Shown here: positions 54,992-64,000 of the stretch, in pieces
Layout of the letters: each line of letters opens with the position of its first letter
Position numbering within the stretch: position 1 is the first letter of the stretch
Origin: the human T2T-CHM13v2.0 reference genome, Homo sapiens
Strand: one strand, 5' to 3'
Assembly (NCBI RefSeq): GCF_009914755.1
Contig: NC_060936.1
Length of the DNA: 64,000 bases
Notes under the pieces: model-generated
What the model saw: the letters and a program-made list of their open reading frames with translations, nothing else
Database searches by the model: none
Told to the model about the DNA's origin: nothing
Program-made: the position numbers and the translations under genes

Positions 54992-56046
54992 TAAAATTTG
55001 GCTTAAAAGAGAAAGGAAGGAAAAGAAAGAGCGATCTCAAGCTGTTGGATCTATAAACTGTGAGTTTCTCCATTGCAACTGCTATGTGGAAGACAGAGGC
55101 AAAGAAAGCCATGAAGCCATGAAAACAATAATAAATCATACTAAAACAAAGATCTGAAGCATTCTTTCATATGTTCAAGTGTATTATGAAATCACGATAG
55201 GGCAGGCATTGTTAGAAGTTCAGAAAACAAAAATGCAGGCCCTGCTCTCATGAAACCAACAACCTAATGCAAAGAACAGACAATAAACAAACCAACAAGA
55301 ATACATCAGATAGTGATTAGAGCTATGATGCAATTAATCAAGGGGATGTAGTAAAGAGTGTTTGGGGCATTGATTTAAATTGATGGTTCAAAAAAGGCCT
55401 CTATAAGGAAGTTGCATCTAAGCTAAGATCTTAGTGACAAAAAAAGAAACCAAAAAAAACAAAAAACACTAGTGATGATTCAGAGGAGGAATTTTCTAAG
55501 CTGAGAGTACAGGAAGGAGTAAATATAGCATATAAACAGCATAGAAAGAAGGTCACAGTGATTAGAACTTGGTGAGTGAAGGCAAGAATAATAAGAGGTA
55601 AGGCAGAGAGGGAAGCAGGGGCCAGATGAGGTAGGACCTCTATTTCAGGGTAAGGATTTTGGGTTTTATTTTACACTTAATCATAAACCATTAAAGTAGA
55701 CTAAGTAGATGAGTGCTATGTTCAGATATAAGTATCTAAAAATAACTTTAACTTGCAAGAGGGAAGCAGTGAAATCAGGTCACAGAAAACCTGAAACAGC
55801 TCAGGTTAGAGAATTTGGTAACCAGGTAACCAGGCTGGTATCACCGTAGATGTAACAAACAGGACATCTGGAGATAGAGAAATGGCTTGCTAATCAATAA
55901 GATGAGATGAAGAAAAAGAGAAAGCAAGAATGATTCATAGGTTTTTAGCTTAAACAATTAAGTGGATGAAGATGAAATTTTCTGATGGGTATGACTGTGA
56001 GAAAAACAAGTTTTGATTGACTGGAGTGAATTAAGAGTTTCCTTTG

Positions 56047-56370
<324 letters not shown>

Positions 56371-57482
56371 TCATTCTAAGCTTGAGATGACTACTGGACA
56401 TGCAGGTGGGTATGTCAAGTGAGCAATTACATATTCAAGTCTGCAGCCCAGGAGACCAGTCTGGGGTGAAGCTATAAACTTGTTGTAAATCATCATGCAG
56501 ATACTATTTAAAGCCCTGAGCTGGAGGATATTACCCAGCCAAAAAACACACACAGAAGAAAAAGCTCTGGCCATCTAGAGATTAAGACAAGGAAGAAAAG
56601 TCAGCAGAGGAAACTAAAAAAGATGTCAGTGTGATAGAAGATAAACACTAGAGTGTGATATTTCAAAAGCCAAACGAAGAAAGGGTTCAATAATCAGAGA
56701 ATATATAATTATGTTGAATAGTTGGAGAAGTTGAGTAAGATGAGGCCGCAAGTATAACTATTGGGTTTGGAAATGAGGAAGACTTTAACACTTTGATGGT
56801 ATCAATTTTAGGATAGTGATAGAGATAGAAATTGTACTGGAGTAAGTTGAAAATAAGAAAGAGAAATTATTTAGTAGAGAGATTACACTGGTACGATTTT
56901 CAAGATTCTATTTTTAAGAATACCAGAAATATGCTGGAAGAGCTGAAGGAACAAATTCCTACAATATGTATGTGTGCTGAGGAAAATGAACCAGCAGAGT
57001 AGCAGAGATGGTGACATTGGGGATGCAGGAGAGGGAAGGGACGGGGTGGGAGGCTCTTGAGAGGGTGTTAGGGGATTAGAGGACAGGATCAAGGAGTAAG
57101 TGAGGGAGTGTACCCTTTGATGTGTTACAACAGATGTGGGGGCACTGCATCTGTTGTAACAGGACAGACACAGGCTGCAGAAGAGTGGTGGATTTGGGGG
57201 TATATAGGTATGGGAGCTTCTGCCTAATTGCTCCTATTTTCCCCTTGAAGGTATTAGCTAAAAAGGAAGGAAGAATGTTGGAGTTTGAAAAAAGGGAGGT
57301 AATTTGAAATAAATATTTTAGATAATAGGAGAACATATGTTCCAGAGTGACAGAGTAGGATTTCTGACCAAAGTTGAGCCCTCACTTGAGATTTGTGGTT
57401 GTGAATATAAGGTGAGACTACTTGGTACAGTTGTGTGTTTTTTCCAGCAACATTTATATGCTCAAGTATTTAATATGGGAAT

Positions 57483-57903
57483 TGATGCAGGATTTTTTTG
57501 CTCCTTAGTTCAGCGAACATCTGGGTTCTTGTCACACGACCAGGAAAGATTAGGCATGCAGACACATTGAAAGGCAAGGAGAGCAGAATTTATTAAAAGA
57601 AAGTTCTCAGTGGTAAAAAGAAGGGGTCCTGCCAACAGGCTCCTACCTCACAGATTGAATACCAGGCCACCACACACACGAGCTGAAGAGGCCAGGCTCC
57701 TCCCCACTGCATAAGGTGCAAAGCACCGGTGGCTCCACCCCATTTTTCCAGTGTACAGGTGGGCCCCCAGTCTGTTGTGGGCATGCACAGACAAGGCCTG
57801 GAGCAGTTTCCCTAATCTGCATAAAAGCATGTGATGTAAACACCTGTGGAGCAGGTTGGAGATCCTCTGGGGATCCTCCCTTATCTGCCTCCTGCATCTA
57901 TCA
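57483..57903 (-). mobile_element. ERV1 solo LTR (LTR28/LTR27/MER52-group like)
   Basis: The reverse complement starts TGATAGATGCAGGAGGCAGATAAGGGAGG and ends CCTGCATCA, with a 4-bp TSD GAAT on both sides. Confidence 0.85.
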
Positions 57904-58681
57904 GAATGGCTGAGGTTTACCACCCTTGGAGTTTTCCAGGCAGATATTGAAGGAAGGAGACAGATGCATGAAAATTAAGAGTTTTTACAAGTAAGTATTT
58001 TTAATTATTGGCCATGAAATCTAAGCTGTATAACCATAGCAATGAGAATTACAGGAATGTAGTTGCTATAGAAAACAGTTGTAAAGAATTAAAGGTTTCA
58101 ATGAAGGCAAAGAATTGCTAGAGTAGGAGAACAAGACTAAGTAAGCTAACTGTAGGAGGGGGGCAGTGAAAGTCAAAAGATTGAAATAAAAATTCTGGTG
58201 GTGTTTAAGTTTCATATAATTATAATGTGGAAAGACCATGTTATTGTTAAATGAGATGGGGTGAAATTTTTAAAAAATACTGGTGAGGTCAAGGAATTAA
58301 GAAAGCAAGGTATTTGGTAGATCATCCAAGCAGACATAGAATCGGCAGGAACAGTTCCAGAGTGAGTATGCTGAGGAAGGCAGGGAACAACCACTGAAGT
58401 CACCATGAATGAAAGGGGTGTGGCCTGGAGGCTGACAGGTGAAACTCAGAAGGAGGGTGGCAGTTGATAAAGCTTGCTGGCACAAATTTCAAAGAGCCTG
58501 CTGTATTGGAATGAGAAGGATGGAGAATGCGTGGAAACAGCCCCAGGAATGGCAGAAGACACGCCTTCCCCTTTTCTGAGCCCTGAGGTATGTTCAAGGA
58601 AAACAAAAACAAAACAAAATACTCTTTACTCCAGAGTCTTGCCAGGTATGCAGTGTCAGCAGGATTCGATGGCCACATTTC

Positions 58682-58978
58682 TTTTTTTCTTTTTTTTTTT
58701 TTTGAGACAGAGTCTCGCTGTCGCCCAGGCTGGAGTGCAGTGGCGCGATTTCGGCTCACCTGCTCACCGCAAGCTCCGCCTCCCGGGTTCACGCCATCCT
58801 CCTGCCTCAGTCTCCCGAGTAGCTGGGACTACAGGAGCCTGCCATCGCGCCCTGCTAATTTTTTGTATTTTTAGTAGAGATGGGGTTTCACCGTGGTCTG
58901 GATCTCCTGACCTCGTGATCCACCCGCCTCGGCCTCCCAAAGTGCTGGGATTACAGGCGTGAGCCACCGCGCCCGGCC
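58682..58978 (-). mobile_element. AluY of the AluYd lineage (12-bp left-arm deletion)
   Basis: CpG-rich AluY. TTTCACCGTG|GTCT lacks TTAGCCAGGATG. TSD (GGCC)ACATTTC. Confidence 0.85.
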
Positions 58979-59804
58979 ACATTTCATATAAGACAAGAGA
59001 AGAGAAGGAATGTTCAGAAAATAAGTTACTGAAAAAGGGATTGGCTATTTGTTCCAAAGGGCAAAATGGAAGAGATCTGGAGGGTGAGGTCTGAAGAAAG
59101 GGCAGATTAGATGCTGCAGTGTTAGGTTATAATCCACCTAAAGAGTAAGTTTACATTAAAAATCCAGCCCACAAACATAGCGTGTCCACAGATAAGAAAG
59201 CAGAGTCTCACAGACCACTCTCTCAGTTAGTATGTGTGAAGAACTTCGATCAGTTGTATTCTATTTATATAAAGAGAAAATGCCATTCGGGGCGCTCTAA
59301 ATCATGTTTATGACCCACAACCCGGTGTTAGAAAACCAATGGAATGGCTGTTGATTTTGCTTCAGGTTTCTTTTTCAGAGAGGTTTTCCCATTGTTTCCT
59401 AAAGTGGCCTACCCGGTTATTTTCTATCTTCTTTCCATGTTTATTAGCTTTGCGATGCTTATAACCAACAGTCATCCTGCTTCTCTTTCTAGTTAGTATT
59501 GTCTACATCCCCTCCAACATGTGAATTTTATATGGGCAGGGCATGTCTGTCTTGTGTATCTTTTCACCGCCAGCACAGTACCTGGCATGAAACATGCTCT
59601 ATATAAATAGTGAATTGATGGATCATTGGGAATACCAATTTTAGGTGTTCTAGACTACAAAGTTTCTTAGTTGTCTCTAGAACTGTATTAAACCTCTTCT
59701 ATGCTTACTAAATAAATATCCTTTGGAAGGTATCTAAGAAAGTTTTCTTTATCCTTTAGCTTAGACTATATGTCAAACAGTAAAATGAAAAAGAAAAGCC
59801 CACT

Positions 59805-60192
59805 AGATATGCACCATCAGTCCCTCCAGACTTTCTTCCCTTTCCGTCCTGTTCTGTGACCCTTTGTTGATTGCTGGGTCCAGGGAATAAAAGCACCGAT
59901 AGGAGATCCAGAAGTAAGGGAAGCTGGAGAACAGGTGTTTATTCTCCGACTCCTCCTCCTCGGAATGGGTTGCAATGGCTGTGCTCCTCTGTGGAAAGAT
60001 CTCTCAGGTTTTTGTAATTGCTCCTTCCCCTTTCTCCTTGAGGTCTAGAGGTGATAATAGTCCTCCCCTCACCCTTAGACGCAATCCCTTGTCCCATGCT
60101 CTTTACTCTGCCCACGACTTTCTAAATAGTTCTGTCCTTAAACTCTCCCCAATTACCTCATTTGTCTCATGCCTGGATTCTGATTGAAACAC
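59805..60192 (+). mobile_element. LTR33-like ERVL LTR
   Basis: GGTGTTTATTCTCC..GGGTTGCAATGGCTGTGCTCCTC...AGGTCTAGAGGTGATAA...CTTAAACTCTCC. Confidence 0.6.
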
Positions 60193-61537
60193 AAATATTT
60201 TTATTTAAAATAGTCCAGTACCATCTGAGGTGCCTCTGGGTTTAAAAGTCATGCCAAGGGCATTTCGGAACAAGTCCATAGATGCCTAAGAAGATACGTT
60301 TTCCACTCTCCATTTCTAAACTTATGGAATTGAGAGGGTGTTTTCTAGCTACAGGCAAACATTCCATTTTCACCATGCCAGTGTCATTCCTTCAATCAAA
60401 ACCATTTATCAACTACCTACTGTGTGCCAGGTTATGCTAGGCACTGAAGATACAAGTAGTCAAATAGGCCTCAGTGCCTGACATTAAGAAACTTATGACG
60501 TTCTTCTGAAAAATCTATCCCGTGTTTGGTATTCAAAGCAAAATTAGGTTGAGTGCAACATTATGAAACACAAAAAATACCCAATTTGAAAGCTGTGGAA
60601 AGAACAACTAAATATATACATATAAAAAGTCTCAGTTTGATAATTAGAAGATATTTAATATTTTCATAGATAAGTAATAAAAATATTAATATATTACTTT
60701 TTGAAACATACACATAACTGTGGTTTGATATGAAATTCAAAAAAGAATCAGAAATAATATATGCACCTATATATGCATACATACATATATGTACATATAT
60801 ATATTTCATTTGATTAACAGTAAAACACAGCTATAAAGCAGAAAGCAATTAGCTCAATTTTTTCAAATTAGGTAAGTCACTGTCTTCAATGTAATATTCA
60901 AATAGGCAGTGCTTGCACTCCTAATTTAGGATCTATTGCACAAAGCAATTTTTATTAGGGCCCATTAAGTTTATTTTGTGGTATGCCCATCGATTTGACC
61001 TAAACTGCTTAGCTATAGTAAACTTTTTCATCCTGCTAGCCTCAAGGGAATACTGGGTATGACTCATGAAATGGAGTTTGAGATATCAAGGTTTTATTAC
61101 AGGTTTCCAAAGTAAACTTTAATTTAGATTTAGATTCAAGCCTTAGCAATCAGTTTACTTTTTATCATGAGTGAAAAACTAGGTTGATAATTTAATGTAC
61201 TTTAACACTTGCTAAAACATTTCTTCACATTACATTTTTGTAAAGCAGAAGCCATTATTGATACTTGGATATTTTTTCATAAATTGTTCCACTTACATAG
61301 AAAAATATGCAAAATCAAAAAGGTACCCATATCATAAAAACTAAATTCAATATTATTTGAAAAAGTAAAATCCATTTAAAAACCACCTTCAAATTAAAGT
61401 GATGTTGGATTCATTAAATTTCTGTTAAGACTTCATAAAACCTTTCCTTTTTTCCTAGAAATTAGAAAAATGTGCCAATTAAAATAGAATAAAGTTTGAA
61501 GCTAAGTGTATCTCAGGATGGCTAACATAATTGGTAT

Positions 61538-61719
61538 GTGTTGTGGGGTTGAATTGTGTCCTCCTAAAGATATGTACCTGTGAATGTGACCTTATTTGGA
61601 AATATAGTCTTTACAATGAATCAAGTTAAAGTGAGATCATACTGGATTAGTCTGAGCCTTAAGTCCAATGACTGATGACGTTAAAAGAAAAAAGGAATTT
61701 GGAGACAGACAGACAGACA

Positions 61720-61762
<43 letters not shown>

Positions 61763-62026
61763 GGAAAGAGTCATGTGATAACGATGGGAGCAAAGAATGG
61801 AGTGATGCAGCTATGAGAGGAGGAACTCCAAGGATTGTTGCATCCACCAGAAGCTAGGAAGAGGCAAGGAAGGATTCTCCCCAAGAACCTTAGGAGGGAG
61901 TGTGGCCCTGCTGACAACTTTCTATTGAACTGCTTGCCTCTAGAACTGTGAGTGAATACACTTCTGTTGTTTTAAGCCACCCAGTTTGTGGCACCTTGTT
62001 ACAACAGCCCTAGGAAAACTAATATA
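61538..62026 (+). mobile_element. MLT1D-like LTR containing (GACA)n(CA)n
   Basis: TGTGAATGTGACCTTATTTGGAAAT...CCACCAGAAGCTAGGAAGAGGCAAGGAAGGATTCTCCC...CAGCCCTAGGAAAACTAATA. Confidence 0.88.
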
Positions 62027-62386
62027 GTATACAGGGTTTTCACAGATGACCATATTTTTCTCTTTCATGGGGATAGAAGGCCAATGACATGTATTTAGTT
62101 AAAATAAACAAGCAAAATATATGTAATTACAAACAAAGCATAAATTAGGCCATCCAGAGAAGCCTGCCAGAGTAGCTAAAGAGTTCTGCATGTTCCACGA
62201 CAAAACATTTATAGTATATTCAGCTGCAATTTAAGGATAGTTCTGATATCTTAAGGAGCATAAAGTTCTTTTTACAACTTATTCTTTAAAAGATGTTAAA
62301 CATTGAGGAACTAACATTAGAGAGTGTCTATCATATGCCAGGCCCAGTGAAAGACATTTTATTTTTTGGATGTAATCTAATCCTTA

Positions 62387-63868
62387 TGTTTTAGTTGGTT
62401 CTCACACTACTATGAAGAAAAACCTGAGACTGGGCAATTTACAAAGGAAAGAGGTTTAATTGACTCACAGTTCCACATTGCTAGGGAGGCCTCAGGAAAC
62501 TTACAATCATGGCAGAAGGCACCTCTTCACAGGGAGGCAGCAGGGAGTGAGTGCAAGCAGGGGAAGTGCCAGACACTTATAAAACCATCAGATCTAATGA
62601 GAACTCACTCACTATCACAAGACTAACATGAGGGAAACCACCCCCATGATCCAATCATGTTCCACCAGGTCCCTCCCATGACACATTGGGATTATGGGAA
62701 CTACAATTCAAGATGACATTTTGGTAGGGATACAGCCAAACCATATCATTCCATCCCTGGCCCATCCCAGTCTCATTTGTTCACATTTCAAAACACAATA
62801 ATCCCTTTCCAACAGCCCCACAAAGTTTTAACTCATTCCAGCATTAACCCAAAAGTCCAAGTCCAAAGTCTCATCTGATATAAGGCAAGTTCCTGCTGTC
62901 TATGAGCCTGTAAAATCAAAAGCAAGTTAGTTACTTCCTAAATACAATGAGAGTACAGGCATTGGGTAAATAGACATGTTCTGAATGGGAAAAAATGGCC
63001 AGGATGAAGGGACTACAATTCCCATGCAAGTATGACATCCAATAGGTAGTCATTAAACCTTAAAGTTCCAAAATGATCTCCCTTGACACCATATTTCACA
63101 TTGATGCAAGAGGTGGGCTCCCAAGGCCTTGGCTTTGCAGAGTACAGCCCCCTCCTGGCTGCTTTCATGAGCTGGTGTTGAATGTCTGCAGCTTTTCCAG
63201 GCACACAGTGCAAACTGTCAGTGGATCTACCATTCTCGGGTCTGGAGGACAGTGGCCCTCTTCTCACAGGTCCACTAGGCAGCGACCCAGTGGGGACTCT
63301 GTGTGGGGGCTCCAACCCCACATTTCCTTTCTGCACCATCCTAGCAGAGGTTCACCATGAGGGTTCTGCTTCTGCAGCAAACTTCTGCCTGGACATCCAG
63401 ACATTTCCATACATCCTCTGAAATCTAGGTGGAGGTTCCCAGATTTTAATTTTTGACCTCCATGTACCCACAGGCTCAACACCACATGGAAGCCACCAAA
63501 GCTTGGGGCTTGCACCCTCTGAAGCAATGGCATGAGCTGTACCTTGGACCCTTTTAGCCAAAGCTGGAGCTGAAGCACTTGGGATGCAGGGTACCATATC
63601 CCTAGGCTGCACAGAGCAGGGGAGCCCTGGGCCCAGCTCAGGAAACCATTTTTTCCCTCCTATGCCTCCAGGCTTGTGATAGGAGGGGCTTCTGTGAAGG
63701 TCTCTGACATGCCCTGGAGACATTTTGCCCATTGTCGTGGTGATTAACATTCAGATGCTAATTGCTTATGCAAATTTATGCAGCAGGCTTAAATTTCTCC
63801 CCAGAAAATGGGTTTTTCTTTTCTATCACATCCTCAGTCTGCAAATTTTCCAAACTTTGGTGCTCTTG
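62387..63868 (-). mobile_element. THE1D/MSTA LTR (62387-62748) plus MaLR internal sequence
   Basis: The LTR ends ACAGCCAAACCATATCA. The internal part includes AAAATCAAAAGCAAGTTAG, and its ORF remnants (PPPRFQRMYGN, LEPPHRVPTG) are typical of THE1-int. Confidence 0.92.
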
Positions 63869-64000
63869 TGGTGAAACCCTGTCTCTACTAAAAATACAAA
63901 AATTAGCTGGGCATGGTGGCAGGTGTCTGTAATCCCAGCTACTCAGGAGGCTGAGTTAGGAGAATCACTTAAACCCAGGAGGTGGAGGTTGCTGTGAGCC
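63868..64000 (+). mobile_element. 5'-truncated AluS running off the right edge
   Basis: GTGGTGAAACCCTGTCTCTACTAAAAATACAAAAATTAGCTGGGCATGGTGG... Confidence 0.9.

Noticed and set aside
58474-58962. 162-aa ORF and overlapping 94-130 aa ORFs
   Set aside because: They are translations through the AluY ([17 protein letters not shown] motif), not a gene.
63013-63750. Cluster of 79-132 aa ORFs
   Set aside because: They are remnants of THE1/MST internal sequence.

Overview
This is AT-rich, CpG-depleted hominoid (human or great-ape) DNA dominated by interspersed repeats. They include the 5' ~2.7 kb of a probably full-length L1PA2/3 at the left edge, several truncated L1PAs (one 5'-inverted), Alus (one AluYd-type), MaLR/ERVL/ERV1 LTRs, L2, MIR and DNA-transposon relics. 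No intact protein-coding gene is visible, and most long ORFs in the track are repeat-derived. The main non-repeat signal is a set of minus-strand exon-like segments at about 38.4, 35.7, 28.6-27.8, 18.3 and 10.2 kb. The strongest is a ~250-codon reading frame broken by only two stops and a (GAGGT)3 expansion, which suggests a decayed multi-exon (possibly unitary) pseudogene. By eye it resembles the RGS22/RGSL1 family, but this is unverified. Other notable elements are a TSD-flanked tailless tRNA-Thr(CGT) 5'-half retropseudogene, a twin-primed L1 whose two arms share a private variant, a 74-bp locally templated insertion in a MIR, and two interleaved perfect inverted repeats with pseudoknot topology near 35.0 kb. 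Repeat subfamily calls and protein similarities come from recalled consensus sequences, and boundaries of old repeats are approximate.
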